From Polyangiaceae bacterium (GTDB lineage Bacteria; Myxococcota_A; Polyangia; Polyangiales; Polyangiaceae): a stretch of 64,000 nt of DNA. This document shows positions 47,887-59,583 of the stretch, piece by piece. Under the pieces are notes generated by a model. It saw only the letters and a list, made by a program, of their open reading frames with translations. It searched no databases and was not told where the DNA came from. The DNA lies in assembly GCA_965222375.1 (NCBI GenBank), contig CBDCTZ010000009.1, positions 288,001 through 352,000 on the forward strand. The letters run 5' to 3'. Position numbers and translations under genes: made by a program. Position 1 is the stretch's first letter; every line of letters begins with the position of its first letter.

Positions 47887-49098
47887 ATGAAGGTGCTGGT
47901 TGCGGATAGGTTGGCGGAGGCCAGCCTCAACGAGATGAGGACCCTGGGCGTGAACGTCGAGTACCGCCCGGACCTCGAAGCAGAAGCGTTGCCCGCAGCG
48001 CTCGCTGACGTGAACGTGTTGATCGTTCGAGGCACGCCTGTCGACGCAAAAGCGATGAGAGCGGGCAAGGCCCTCAACTTGATCATCCGCGCTGGCGCCG
48101 GCACCGGTACCATCGACGTCAAGACCGCGAGTGAGCGCGGCGTCTATGTCGCCAACTGCCCGGGTAAGAACGCGCTAGCTGTTGCCGAGTTGACGATGAC
48201 GTTGATCGGTTGCCTCGATCGGCGAGTGCCGGATGCCGTGACGAGCTTGCGCAGTGGCAAGTGGGAAAAAGAAGAGTTTGCCCAGGCTCAAGGACTACAA
48301 GGCCGAACCCTGGGCGTCGCCGGATTCGGCCACGTCGGCAAGGCGGTGGCGCGCATGGGTCTCGCCTACGACATGCGCGTCGCAGCTTGGAGTCGCTCCC
48401 TGACTCCGCATCGTGCGGCCGAGCACAATGTCGTGTGCGTGGGCAGCCTTCTGGATTTGGCTCGCAGAAGTGATGTGTTTTCCGTTCACTTGGAACTCAC
48501 CGAGCGGACCAAGGGCATGATCTCTAGAAAGATCATCGAAGCGCTTCCCGACGGTGCGTTCTTCGTCAACACGGCGAGGTCCGAGTTGGTGGACTGGGAA
48601 GCCCTCGAAGAGTTGGCGCCCAAGAAGAAGCTGCGAATCGGATTGGACGTGCTGCCCAAAGAGCCTGGCACCCGAATCGGTGTGTATGCCAACTCTCTCT
48701 TGGACAATGCGTTCGTCTACGCGACTCCGCACATCGGTGCCTCGACGGACGAAGGTCAGATCGCCATCGCGAACGAAACCGTCCGCATCCTGCGCGGTTT
48801 CATCGTGAAGGGAGACGTGCCGAACGTCATCAACATCAGCATGGCCACCAGTGCCCGCTACCAGCTGGTGGTGCGGCACCTCGATCGCGTCGGAGCTCTC
48901 GCCAACGTCCTGAATGTGCTGAAGCGCCACGGGATCAACCTGCAAGAGTTGGAAAACACCGTGTTCGAGGGCGGTCGGGCCGGGTGTGCGAAGATTCGCA
49001 CTGATACCCGGCCCAGCGAGGCGTGCCTCACCGAAATCATGGCGTTTTCCGACGAGATCCTGCACGTCGACCTGGTGACCCTGCCCAACCTGGCCTGA
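47887..49098 (+). CDS. D-3-phosphoglycerate dehydrogenase-like D-2-hydroxyacid dehydrogenase with ACT domain (SerA-like)
   Basis: RAGAGTGTID, NALAVAE, GFGHVG, VNTARS, TPHIGAST; C-terminal HLDRVGALA ACT domain. Confidence 0.85.
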   Translation: MKVLVADRLAEASLNEMRTLGVNVEYRPDLEAEALPAALADVNVLIVRGTPVDAKAMRAGKALNLIIRAGAGTGTIDVKTASERGVYVANCPGKNALAVAELTMTLIGCLDRRVPDAVTSLRSGKWEKEEFAQAQGLQGRTLGVAGFGHVGKAVARMGLAYDMRVAAWSRSLTPHRAAEHNVVCVGSLLDLARRSDVFSVHLELTERTKGMISRKIIEALPDGAFFVNTARSELVDWEALEELAPKKKLRIGLDVLPKEPGTRIGVYANSLLDNAFVYATPHIGASTDEGQIAIANETVRILRGFIVKGDVPNVINISMATSARYQLVVRHLDRVGALANVLNVLKRHGINLQELENTVFEGGRAGCAKIRTDTRPSEACLTEIMAFSDEILHVDLVTLPNLA

Positions 49099-49220
49099 GG
49101 GGGCGCGTTGGGAGCGAAAGATCCGCCCCAAACCCCACCCGAGCCAAGGTCATAAATATCTGAATTTATTACAGAAATTGCAACAACAGCTGCCGGCTGC
49201 ACACACTCTCGTACCTAGCC

Positions 49221-49249
49221 TTGCGAAGGCCAGATCCTTTGGCTAAGCT
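49221..49249 (+). promoter_or_regulatory. Putative sigma70 promoter of the rimP-nusA-infB operon
   Basis: TTGCGA (49221-49226), 17-bp spacer, TAAGCT (49244-49249), then a GC-rich discriminator CCGCGCC; AT-rich tract upstream. Confidence 0.6.
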
Positions 49250-49277
49250 CCGCGCCGACAACTTGGGTGGATCCCTT

Positions 49278-49309
49278 ACGGACCCCCGCTTACGGGTCCG
49301 TTTTTTTTT
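49278..49309 (+). terminator. Intrinsic terminator in the rimP leader (probable attenuator)
   Basis: Perfect 8-bp stem ACGGACCC/GGGTCCGT, 8-nt loop, then a T run to 49309; about 75 nt before the rimP ATG. Confidence 0.85.
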
Positions 49310-49384
49310 GCCTTCGGGCTTCCGTCCAAGCTGTAGCGCGCCCTAGGTGCGCTCGTCCCTCCGGGTAGGAGCGACACGGCACTC

Positions 49385-49960
49385 ATGCACGTTGCACACG
49401 AAAAACTCAAAGGCTTGGATCGAGATCGCGTCGCCGCGATCGTGGGTCCGGTACTGCGTGCGCACCACGTCGAGGGTGTCGAACTGATCTGGCGTACGGA
49501 TCAAGGTGGCTGGGTGCTCGAACTTACCGTTGAGCGTCCGGATTGTCGCGTCCCCGGCGAGGGGATCTCGATCGACCTATGCACGGACATCAGCAGAGAT
49601 CTCTCCGCTGCCTTCGATGCGGAGGACGTGATTCCGGCTCGCTATCGGCTGGAAGTTGGATCTCCGGGCCTCGATCGCGCGCTTTATTCCGCTCGGGACT
49701 ACGAGCGTTTCGCTGGGCAGCTGGCGAAGCTCAAATTGCGACAGCCCCTCGGCAGTTACGGGCGAGTGGTCCGGGGCACGCTGCACGGATTGGACGAAGG
49801 CGGGAACGTCCAACTGGAAACGGACACCGGGCTTTTAAGCGTTTCGCTGGAAGCCATTGAGAGCGGGCGGCTGGAATTTACGTTCAGCAAAGGCATGCCC
49901 AAAACGCACAAACCGAAGGGCGGTAAAGCCCGGAGGAAAACAGCCGGCCGGGGCAAGTGA
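49385..49960 (+). CDS. rimP: Ribosome maturation factor RimP
   Basis: ISIDLCTDISRDLS, YRLEVGSPGLDR; AGGAG RBS; first gene of the nusA operon. Confidence 0.93.
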   Translation: MHVAHEKLKGLDRDRVAAIVGPVLRAHHVEGVELIWRTDQGGWVLELTVERPDCRVPGEGISIDLCTDISRDLSAAFDAEDVIPARYRLEVGSPGLDRALYSARDYERFAGQLAKLKLRQPLGSYGRVVRGTLHGLDEGGNVQLETDTGLLSVSLEAIESGRLEFTFSKGMPKTHKPKGGKARRKTAGRGK

Positions 49961-49986
49961 GTCCGGCCGTTACACGGAGCTAGAGC

Positions 49987-51666
<1,680 letters not shown>

Positions 51667-51669
51667 TCG

Positions 51670-52305
51670 ATGTTGGCCCGAGAATTCGAAAACCAGACAG
51701 CCCGCTCGCCGGAGCGGACGTGCGTCGGATGCCGAGAAGTGGCTGATCCGTCCGCGATGCTGCGTCTGGTGCTCGGGCCCGATGGCAGCGTGGTTCCGGA
51801 TTTGGCCCGCGGTGCATTTGGCCGTGGCGCCTGGGTGCACCCCCGCAGGGAATGCCTGGCGGGGGCCGCTAAACGTGGGCTTTCCAAGGCGTTTCGGACC
51901 GGCCTGCGCACCACCGAGGAGGAGTTGCATGCGAGCCTGATGGCGCAAGCCGAGCGGCGCGCCGGGTCCCTTCTGCTGTCGGCGAAGGGAGCGGGCAAGC
52001 TCTGTGTCGGAAAGACCGATGTGGACGAGGCGCTGGAGCAAGGGCGTGCACTGCTACTGGTGGTTGCGAGCGACGCGCGTGCCGCGACGGATTCGCGACT
52101 GGTTCAGAAGGCCATCGCTGACGGAAGCGCTCGGGTCTTCCTGAACAAAGAGGGTTTGGGGAAGTTGTTGGGAAAGAGTGAAGTCGGAGTCTTGGCGGTA
52201 GTCGACCAAGGGCTCAGTCGCGCTCTTTCCGAGACGTTGGAAGTAATGATGATTCCGAAGCCCGGGGCGCAGCAGGAGGCGCCCCGCGTCAAGGAGGACG
52301 GATGA
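51670..52305 (+). CDS. YlxR (DUF448)-L7Ae-like fusion RNA-binding protein
   Basis: PERTCVGCR, GRGAWV...C in the N-half; GKLCVG...LLVVASDA...LGKLLGK in the C-half; located between nusA and infB. Confidence 0.85.
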   Translation: MLAREFENQTARSPERTCVGCREVADPSAMLRLVLGPDGSVVPDLARGAFGRGAWVHPRRECLAGAAKRGLSKAFRTGLRTTEEELHASLMAQAERRAGSLLLSAKGAGKLCVGKTDVDEALEQGRALLLVVASDARAATDSRLVQKAIADGSARVFLNKEGLGKLLGKSEVGVLAVVDQGLSRALSETLEVMMIPKPGAQQEAPRVKEDG

Positions 52306-54902
52306 GTAAAGTGCGTGTGTACGAGGTCGCCCGAGATTTGGGCATGGAGAACAAGGCGTTGGTCGCGTTGTTCCAGTCCGTTGGCGTGACCGAGGTGCGC
52401 AACCACATGAGCGCAGTGGCACCGGAGCAGGTGGAGCGCGTCAAGCGTCACCTGGAGAAGCAGACTGCGCAGAAGGTGGTGGAAGAACGCATTCGACCCA
52501 CGGTGGTCAAGCGTCGCGCAGTCAAGAAGCCGAAACCCGCGCCTGCCCCGGAGGCAGCGGCATCGGCGCCACCACTGGCGGAGGCGCGTCCTGCTGCGCC
52601 CGCGCGCGTCGTGGCGCCGAAACCCGCCGCAGCGGAACCACCGCCGCCACCGCCGCCTGCTCCGGAACCTGCTCCGGCAAAAGCTGCGGCTCCCGCCGTG
52701 GTGCCGAAGGCGCCCGCCAAGACGGAGGCTCCAGCACCGGCGCCGAAAGAGCCGGAGAAGCCCGCTGCGCACGCTGCACCGGCTCCGGTTCCGCCGCCTG
52801 CGGCCGAGCCTGCGGCCAAACAGCCTGAAGCTGCTGCCGCTGCGCCTGCCGAAGCCGAGCCGGACGCACCGGCACCGCGTCCTTCCAGCCCACCCAAGAC
52901 TGGCGTGGAGGTTTGGGAGGGGCGTCCGGGCGTACCCATGCCCCAGGCGCCTCGAGGTGCACCGACACCGCGACGTGTGCAGTACGACGCCAAGGCGGGC
53001 GGCAATTTAGGAGGGCGTGGCCGAGGCCCGATGATGGGGGGTCGCATGGGCGGCCGTGGCATGCGCCATCGAGGCTTGGGATCCCTGGGCCGGGCCAAAG
53101 GCTCGGGTCAGCCGGTTACCCAAGAGCGTTCTGCCCACAAGAAGGTGGTCAAGATCGAGGAAACCATCGCGTTGCAGACCTTGGCGCAGCGCATGAGCCT
53201 CAAGGCCACGGATGTGTTGATGAAACTGATCCGCCTCGGCATGACCGGGGTCAACATCAACAGCACTTTGGATGCCGAGACCTCCAAGATCGTTGCGAAC
53301 GAGTTTGGCTGGGAGGTCGAGGACGTTGCCGTCAGTGAAGAGGACGCGCTGCTTTCCGCCCAAGGAATCGAGACGGAGGAAGAGAAGGGAAGCGAGTCCC
53401 GGCCTTCAGTCGTCACGGTGATGGGGCATGTTGACCACGGCAAGACGAGCTTGCTCGATCGGGTCCGCAAGGCCAACGTCGTCGCCGGCGAAGCGGGCGG
53501 TATCACTCAGCACATCGGCGCCTACTCCGTCGACACCAAGAACGGCAAATTGACCTTCCTGGATACCCCCGGCCACGAGGCCTTCACGGCCATGCGGGCC
53601 CGCGGAGCACAGACCACGGACGTTGTCATTCTCGTCGTGGCCGCCGACGACGGCGTGATGCCTCAGACCATTGAGGCCATCAATCACTCGAAGGCAGCCA
53701 AGGTCCCAATCGTGGTTGCCATCAACAAGTGCGACAAACCCGAAGCTCAGCCCGAGCGGGTTCGGCGCGAGCTCTCCGAGCATCAGCTGGTGCCGGAAGA
53801 GTGGGGCGGCGACACGCTTTTCTGCGAGGTGAGCGCCATGTCCGGGGAGGGCGTCGACGCCCTGCTCGAGCAGGTGGCATTGCAGGCGGAGGTTCTCGAG
53901 CTTCGGGCCAGTCCCGAAAAGCCCGCGGTGGGCGTGGTGGTCGAGGCCGAGCTCGACCGGGGCAAGGGACCCGTTGCGACCATCCTCGTACAAGATGGCA
54001 CGCTGCGCCGCGGCGACGTCATTCTTGCCGGCAGTGCCTACGGCAAGGTCCGTGCGATGCACGATGACCGGGGCCGAAATGTGGGCAGTGCTGGGCCGTC
54101 GATGCCCGTCAGTGTAATTGGTCTTTCAGAGGTGCCGGCTGCAGGCGAGCCCATGCACGCGGTTACAGATCTGAAGAAGGCACAAGAGATTGCCGGCCAG
54201 CGCAAGAACAAGGAGCGCCGGAGTGTGCTTCCGAGCAAGTCCAAGATCAGTTTGGAAGAGCTCGCCCGCGCCATGAGCGAAAACGAGCAGCTCGAGCTCA
54301 AGGCGATCGTCAAAGCGGATGTGCAGGGCTCCTTGGAGGCGCTTTCCGAGGCCCTTACCAAGCTGAGCACCGAAAAGGTGAAGGTCAGCGTGGTAAGTGG
54401 CGGGGTCGGTGCCATCACTGAAGGTGACGTCAACCTCGCTGTTGCGGCGAAGGGCATCATCATCGGCTTCAACGTGCGCCCGGCGGGTAAGGCCACGTCC
54501 CTCGCACAAAAGGAGGGCGTGGAGATTCGACAGTACTCGGTGATCTACAACGTCGTGGATGACGTGAAAGCCGCCATGGAAGGCCTGCTGGCTCCCCAGC
54601 TAGTCGAAAAAGAGCTGGGCAAAGCTCAGGTGCGGCAGACGTTCCGCATCTCCAAGGCTGGAACCATTGCCGGCTGTCTGGTGATTAGCGGGGTTGCGCG
54701 ACGCGGCGCAACGGCCCGCCTCGTGCGGGACAGCACCGTGGTCTGGACCGGCAAGGTCAGTGGCCTGAAGCGCTTCAAAGAAGATGCCCGCGAGGTCAAA
54801 GATGGCCTCGAGTGCGGCATTGGGCTCGAGGGCTACAACGACATCAAAGATGGCGACTTGATCGAGTTCTTCGAGATCGAGGAAGTGAAGCAAACCTTGT
54901 GA
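52302..54902 (+). CDS. infB: Translation initiation factor IF-2
   Basis: [12 protein letters not shown]-domain, [29 protein letters not shown]. Confidence 0.98.
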   Translation: MSKVRVYEVARDLGMENKALVALFQSVGVTEVRNHMSAVAPEQVERVKRHLEKQTAQKVVEERIRPTVVKRRAVKKPKPAPAPEAAASAPPLAEARPAAPARVVAPKPAAAEPPPPPPPAPEPAPAKAAAPAVVPKAPAKTEAPAPAPKEPEKPAAHAAPAPVPPPAAEPAAKQPEAAAAAPAEAEPDAPAPRPSSPPKTGVEVWEGRPGVPMPQAPRGAPTPRRVQYDAKAGGNLGGRGRGPMMGGRMGGRGMRHRGLGSLGRAKGSGQPVTQERSAHKKVVKIEETIALQTLAQRMSLKATDVLMKLIRLGMTGVNINSTLDAETSKIVANEFGWEVEDVAVSEEDALLSAQGIETEEEKGSESRPSVVTVMGHVDHGKTSLLDRVRKANVVAGEAGGITQHIGAYSVDTKNGKLTFLDTPGHEAFTAMRARGAQTTDVVILVVAADDGVMPQTIEAINHSKAAKVPIVVAINKCDKPEAQPERVRRELSEHQLVPEEWGGDTLFCEVSAMSGEGVDALLEQVALQAEVLELRASPEKPAVGVVVEAELDRGKGPVATILVQDGTLRRGDVILAGSAYGKVRAMHDDRGRNVGSAGPSMPVSVIGLSEVPAAGEPMHAVTDLKKAQEIAGQRKNKERRSVLPSKSKISLEELARAMSENEQLELKAIVKADVQGSLEALSEALTKLSTEKVKVSVVSGGVGAITEGDVNLAVAAKGIIIGFNVRPAGKATSLAQKEGVEIRQYSVIYNVVDDVKAAMEGLLAPQLVEKELGKAQVRQTFRISKAGTIAGCLVISGVARRGATARLVRDSTVVWTGKVSGLKRFKEDAREVKDGLECGIGLEGYNDIKDGDLIEFFEIEEVKQTL

Positions 54903-54951
54903 GAGCCGACGTGCTGCTCGCCGCAGAGCGTCGTCAAACCGACAACCAGCA

Positions 54952-55395
54952 ATGTTCGTGGGCGTATTGCGCGTAGTGCTTCAGATCCCGGGGGCACGAT
55001 CCCTCAAGGATCGCCGCCAGGTCGTGAAGAGTTTCAAGGACCGCGTCCGCGCGAGGCACTCGGTGTCGATCGCCGAGGTGGGCGACGTGGAGCTGATGCA
55101 AGTGGCGACTTTGGGTGCTTGCGTGGTCAGTCGAGAAAGCCACCGCTGCCGAGAGGCACTGGAAAAGGTCCGCAGCACCGCTGCGGGGCTGGGTGACGCG
55201 GTTGTCGCCGACGCGGCAAGCGAGGTGCTGGGTTTTGGCGACGGCGGCGGACAATTGCGTGGCGGTATCGAGCAGGCGCTCCAGAGCAACATCGGAGAGT
55301 TCACAGCCGGCGCGGAAGACCTGAGCCCGGAGACCTTCGAGAAACCCTCGGAGGGTCGGACAGGTCGTCGCGGCTCGCGAGGTAGGCGGCGATGA
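54952..55395 (+). CDS. DUF503 (YlxP) family protein
   Basis: MFVGVLRV...SLKDRRQVVKS...VSIAEVG; located between infB and rbfA. Confidence 0.88.
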   Translation: MFVGVLRVVLQIPGARSLKDRRQVVKSFKDRVRARHSVSIAEVGDVELMQVATLGACVVSRESHRCREALEKVRSTAAGLGDAVVADAASEVLGFGDGGGQLRGGIEQALQSNIGEFTAGAEDLSPETFEKPSEGRTGRRGSRGRRR

Positions 55396-55760
55396 GTGAA
55401 GGTCGTCGCGCAAGCCGAGTCGCGGACCTGGTTCGCAGTCACTTGGTGGAGCTGCTCAACCGAGAAATCGACGACCCGAGCCTGGCGTCCATCGTGGTCA
55501 CGGAAGTGCAGGTCCCCGACGATTTGGCAACGGCCTGGATCCAAGTTCGCCTCATGGTCGGTGACGAGGATGAGCGCGTCCGCAAGAGCGCCATGCGGGC
55601 GCTGCGCCGGTCAGCGTCGCGGCTTCGCAAACGCATTGCGCCCCGATTGGGCCTGAAGCGCGTGCCCGAACTACGCTTCAACTATGACGACGGCCACGAC
55701 AAGAAGCGCCGCGTCGAGGAACTGCTCCAGGAAATCGAATCCGAGCGCAAGGCTCCCTAA
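55392..55760 (+). CDS. rbfA: Ribosome-binding factor A
   Basis: RASRVAD, VTEVQVPDDL, KRVPELRFNYD. Confidence 0.93.
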   Translation: MSEGRRASRVADLVRSHLVELLNREIDDPSLASIVVTEVQVPDDLATAWIQVRLMVGDEDERVRKSAMRALRRSASRLRKRIAPRLGLKRVPELRFNYDDGHDKKRRVEELLQEIESERKAP

Positions 55761-55875
55761 CCCCACCACCCTAGGGCCCACGGCGAGCGTGCGGCTCTGC
55801 GCCGCGCCGCTGGTCGCACGCTGTCAACGTTCGGGTTGCCGACCTGCACCGTGCCCGCCGGTTGTCCGCCGTGAG

Positions 55876-56811
55876 CTAGTTTCCGCAGGACGTCTTGTAG
55901 TGGATGCGTGCGCGCACTTCGTCCACGCGCACGATGATGCCGGCGGCGCAGCGCGATGCGCTGAAGCACTCGGGCCTGACCCAAACCTCGAAGTCCGCGG
56001 CATTGACAAAGGCATGGCTCAAGTTGGGCACGCTCCAGGTCTGGGTAGCGCTGCCATATACGGTCGCCTTGTCGTTGAGTTCCCACTCGGCGAATCCGAG
56101 GTTCGTTCCGACCTTCTGCTCGGCCTTGGCGAGGGTGATTGTTTCATCTCGTGCCGAGTCCCACATGGACGCACCGCGCTCGACGGACACTTCGACGCCG
56201 AGGATGGTGGCGTTCGTGGGGACGAGAAAACCGAAGTTGCCCGCCTGGAGCACCGGCGCCACGCCCATCTGTTTGAAGTTGAAGGTTGCATATTTGTTGT
56301 CGCTGGAACTGGCGGCGCTTGGCTCGACCCACCCGCCGGTTCCCAGTGAAGCTGTCGTGACGGTCTTCGCCTTTTCCCAGCCGCTGTTCGTTGTGACGGG
56401 AGTGCAGATTCCGGTGCCGCCCGTCCCGGTTCCACCCGTGCCGGTGCCTCCAGTGGCGCTGCCACCCGTCCCAGCCCCTGCGGCGCCACCAACACTCCCG
56501 GTTCCGTGTCCGCCCGTGCCCGTGCCGCCGGTTCCAGCTCCCGCGCTACCACTGCTGCCACCACTTGCCCCGCCGGCCGCCGCGCCGCCGCTGCCGATGG
56601 CGCCTCCGCTCGCCCCACCGGCGGCGGCGCCGCCGATGCCCGTACCCGCGCTGCCGGCAGAGCCACCCGCTTGGCCTGCGTTGCCAGCGGCACCGCCGCC
56701 ACCGGCGTTGAATTCACTCAAGTCTTTGGATGAGCAGGCCAAGGCCATGCACGTGCCCAGTCCCAAGCAGAATCCAACCACTGGGCGCAACCTCGCCATG
56801 CTGCACAGCAT
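55876..56811 (-). CDS. Gly/Thr-rich lipoprotein with a C-terminal beta-sandwich-like domain
   Basis: Lipobox ALACSS, long GGTGTGG linker, NFGFLVPTNATILGVEV, YGSATQTW. Confidence 0.75.
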   Translation of the reverse strand: MLCSMARLRPVVGFCLGLGTCMALACSSKDLSEFNAGGGGAAGNAGQAGGSAGSAGTGIGGAAAGGASGGAIGSGGAAAGGASGGSSGSAGAGTGGTGTGGHGTGSVGGAAGAGTGGSATGGTGTGGTGTGGTGICTPVTTNSGWEKAKTVTTASLGTGGWVEPSAASSSDNKYATFNFKQMGVAPVLQAGNFGFLVPTNATILGVEVSVERGASMWDSARDETITLAKAEQKVGTNLGFAEWELNDKATVYGSATQTWSVPNLSHAFVNAADFEVWVRPECFSASRCAAGIIVRVDEVRARIHYKTSCGN

Positions 56812-56907
56812 AGTATGTTGTGCTCGAAAGCGGCTGAGCGCCGCTGAGCTCCCGGAGTTGGGGCGGCTCGACGGTGTCGGTCGGCCGCCCCGCTGAGGTG
56901 GGGAGGC

Positions 56908-59388
56908 CTACTTCTTGCGGATCATCAGCTGGACGCGGCGATTGCGCGCCCGATTGCCAGCTGAAACGTTGGGAACCAGCGGTTTCTCTTGGCCGTAGCC
57001 CTTAGCGCTCAAGCGGTTGGAATCGACTCCCAACTTGATCAAAGCCTCACGCACAGCGTTGGCGCGCTGCTGGCTCAAGCGTTGATTGTACACCGGGGAC
57101 CCGGTGTTGTCGGTGTGGCCTTGGATTTCGAGGGACTTGATGTCCTTGCGCTTACGCATGACATCCGCAATCTCCTCGATCAAGCTCTGGGAGTCGGGCT
57201 CGATGTTGGCGGAGTCGTGGGCGAAATGCACCTTCTTACGCAGCTTCAGCTCGCGGGCCGCAACGACGACGTTGGCCTTCTTGGGTCGCTTGTTGAGGGA
57301 GATACTGGCTTTGACTTCCTCCCGGGGCTTGATTTCCAGCTCCGTCACGCTGGGAAGGTAGCCCTCGGCATCCACGGTGATCCGTGCGGCGCCCGGCGGG
57401 ACGTTTTCGAAGCGGAACGCGCCAGAGGCGTCTGCCGCGAGTTCCAGTTCGCGACCGAGCTTGTCGGTGATCTTGACTTTTGCCGTGCTGACCGGCTTAC
57501 CGTTGGCGGCGTCCATCAGCGAGCCCTGGACGTTGCCGACCTTGGGCAGCGCCTCGAGCTCACACTGCACGGTCACGATGGTCGGACCGGTGCCGCCAGC
57601 GGGCCCCGCTCCGCCTGGAGGCGTGTAGGGACCGGGCGCAGCGGGTTGCGTGTACGGGCCGGCAGGCTGACCCGGTTGTCCGTAGGGACCAGGAGGTGCT
57701 CCGTAGGGACCGGGCGGTGCTCCGGCTGGGGCGCCGTAGGGCGACCCGCCCGCTGCCGGGATGTTCGCAGTGCACTGACCCTCGCGGTAGCCGTCGGCCG
57801 TCACTTTGAAAGTGTAGGTGCCCGGATCGAGATTGATGCTGCGGAACGAGCCGGCGTCATCGGCGACCATGCCGGTGATGTTACGACCCTCGAAGCGGAT
57901 GATTGCGCCGCCGACAGGAGTGTTGGCGCCCTTCTCGATGACCGTGCCTTGCACGTATCGCTCAGGCTTGCCCGCATCGACGATGCGCTCGACCTCGACC
58001 TCCTTGGTGATCGGCTCCGGAGGCACCGTATCGAAGGCGAAGCCCGCACCGATGTAGAGGTTCCAGGGCTTCTCCGGAGCAACCTCTTCGATGAAGCTGC
58101 TGGTCGCGCCGGTGCCGATGTCGAAGGCGAGCATGAGGGACAGGCCCTCGAGGCCAGGGTTGGCACGTGCGCCGATGGTCAGGCGCGACGGGGAAGTCGA
58201 AAAACCCGAGTCGTTACCGAGGCAGCCGTCGCCCGGGAAGACTCGGCTCTCGTTGCAGACGTAGTCGCGGGTATTGATCGGCACGTCGATGTTCCACTCC
58301 GCGAAGGGGCGGATGTACTCGAAAGTGCCTTCGACACCGAGGCCTGCCTGGAAGAAGTCCACGCGGTTGATGCCAAGTCCGAATCGTTCGATGCGGGTGA
58401 TGGGGTTATCGCCACGGCGGGTCTCCACGTCTTCGACCAAGGCGCCGGATTTGTCCAACTTGTAGCCGAGGTTCACGTGAGCGCGGAATGGAACGCGGTC
58501 GGCCTCGTTCACCCGGTTGTCCAAGTCGACCGTGGCCAGGCCGCGAATGGCGAAGCTGGTTCCGCTACCGTCCAGACCGACGCCGCCGGTGCCATTGAGC
58601 AACCAGAGCTGGGCTTCGGCGCCCGCGGTGAAGATCTGATCCGGCTGGTGGGGCATGAAACCCTTGAGGCCAATGCTGGTATCGCCCAAGACCTGGAGCA
58701 GCTGAGGGCGGCCCTGATCGTTGTCCGTGGCAGATGCGTGGAATGCCACGTAGGTCTCCAGGAACGGCAGTACGGTGGCGTTGATGCCCACGTGCGCACC
58801 GATGCGGGTCACGTCGTCTTCGGCCTGGGCTGTTTCGCCGGGAGGCGCCGGGCAATCCTCGCCGTCGCAGAGGAACCCCGAGCCCGTGAAGTATTCGCTG
58901 ATGAGCGAGATCCGGAACGTGCCCGGCGCGCCGGAGCCTGCCTCCGCCAAGTGCACCAAGCCGGTGGACCCACTGAGGTTGTTTTGGAGCTTGAGTGACA
59001 TGCGACGCCAAGCACGGTCCATCTCAGGGTCGCTCATTCCGTCGCCGTCGCCTTGAGCGCTTGCACTGCCATCGGCTCCTCCACCAAGGGAAAAGCCTGC
59101 GTTGGCATCAAAGCCGCCGCCGGCGCCCTGTTGCCCAGCCGGTTGCATGCCAGGCCCGGCGGGCTGCATCCCAGGCTGTCCGGGTTGCCCGGGCTGCGGT
59201 GGTGCACCGGGTTGCGCGCCCGGTTGCGCGGGTGTACCGGGCTGCCCAACGGGGGCGCCAGGTGCAGCACCAGGCTGCGCCGCAGGGTCCCCGGCGGGTG
59301 GCGGCGGCAGCGGCTGTTGAGCCAGTGCCGTGGCAGTTGCGAATAAGGTACCGAGCAAGGAGAGTGAAGCGAGACCGGAGCTTTTCAT
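56908..59388 (-). CDS. OmpA-family outer membrane protein (Gln/Pro-rich N-terminus, beta-barrel-like region, two carboxypeptidase-regulatory-like domains, OmpA_C)
   Basis: Signal peptide; PGTYTFKVTADGY and PGAARITVDAEGY; OmpA_C EIQGHTD...NQRLSQQRANAV...GYG...NRRV. Confidence 0.88.
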   Translation of the reverse strand: MKSSGLASLSLLGTLFATATALAQQPLPPPPAGDPAAQPGAAPGAPVGQPGTPAQPGAQPGAPPQPGQPGQPGMQPAGPGMQPAGQQGAGGGFDANAGFSLGGGADGSASAQGDGDGMSDPEMDRAWRRMSLKLQNNLSGSTGLVHLAEAGSGAPGTFRISLISEYFTGSGFLCDGEDCPAPPGETAQAEDDVTRIGAHVGINATVLPFLETYVAFHASATDNDQGRPQLLQVLGDTSIGLKGFMPHQPDQIFTAGAEAQLWLLNGTGGVGLDGSGTSFAIRGLATVDLDNRVNEADRVPFRAHVNLGYKLDKSGALVEDVETRRGDNPITRIERFGLGINRVDFFQAGLGVEGTFEYIRPFAEWNIDVPINTRDYVCNESRVFPGDGCLGNDSGFSTSPSRLTIGARANPGLEGLSLMLAFDIGTGATSSFIEEVAPEKPWNLYIGAGFAFDTVPPEPITKEVEVERIVDAGKPERYVQGTVIEKGANTPVGGAIIRFEGRNITGMVADDAGSFRSINLDPGTYTFKVTADGYREGQCTANIPAAGGSPYGAPAGAPPGPYGAPPGPYGQPGQPAGPYTQPAAPGPYTPPGGAGPAGGTGPTIVTVQCELEALPKVGNVQGSLMDAANGKPVSTAKVKITDKLGRELELAADASGAFRFENVPPGAARITVDAEGYLPSVTELEIKPREEVKASISLNKRPKKANVVVAARELKLRKKVHFAHDSANIEPDSQSLIEEIADVMRKRKDIKSLEIQGHTDNTGSPVYNQRLSQQRANAVREALIKLGVDSNRLSAKGYGQEKPLVPNVSAGNRARNRRVQLMIRKK

Positions 59389-59583
59389 GTTCCCTCTTTA
59401 GACGTCGCAGCCAGATCCCCCGACCGACAGCGGGCGAGGCGACGCGCGGGTTTTAACACCCTTTCGCAGGTCGCCGAAGTCCGACAGCGAGCTCCGTCAG
59501 ATCCGCTCGGCCACTCGCGCGACGTCAATGAAAATACCTCAATAGTTTCAGTGGTTTATTGTCAACGACGGGTGCCCGGCGTT

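Noticed and set aside
56400..56710. GC-rich repetitive DNA (also 46890-47090 and 52540-52890)
   Set aside because: Explained by Gly/Thr-, Gly/Ala- and Pro/Ala-rich protein linkers; not an independent DNA element.
56989..58998. 669-aa + strand ORF opposite the OmpA gene
   Set aside because: Antisense shadow with no domain signatures; the minus-strand ORF has a signal peptide and OmpA motifs.
55876..59388. Possible traAB kin-recognition locus
   Set aside because: No thrombospondin type 3 (DxDxDG) repeats in the OmpA protein; the partner lacks Cys-rich tandem repeats and a MYXO-CTERM-like tail; the gene order differs.
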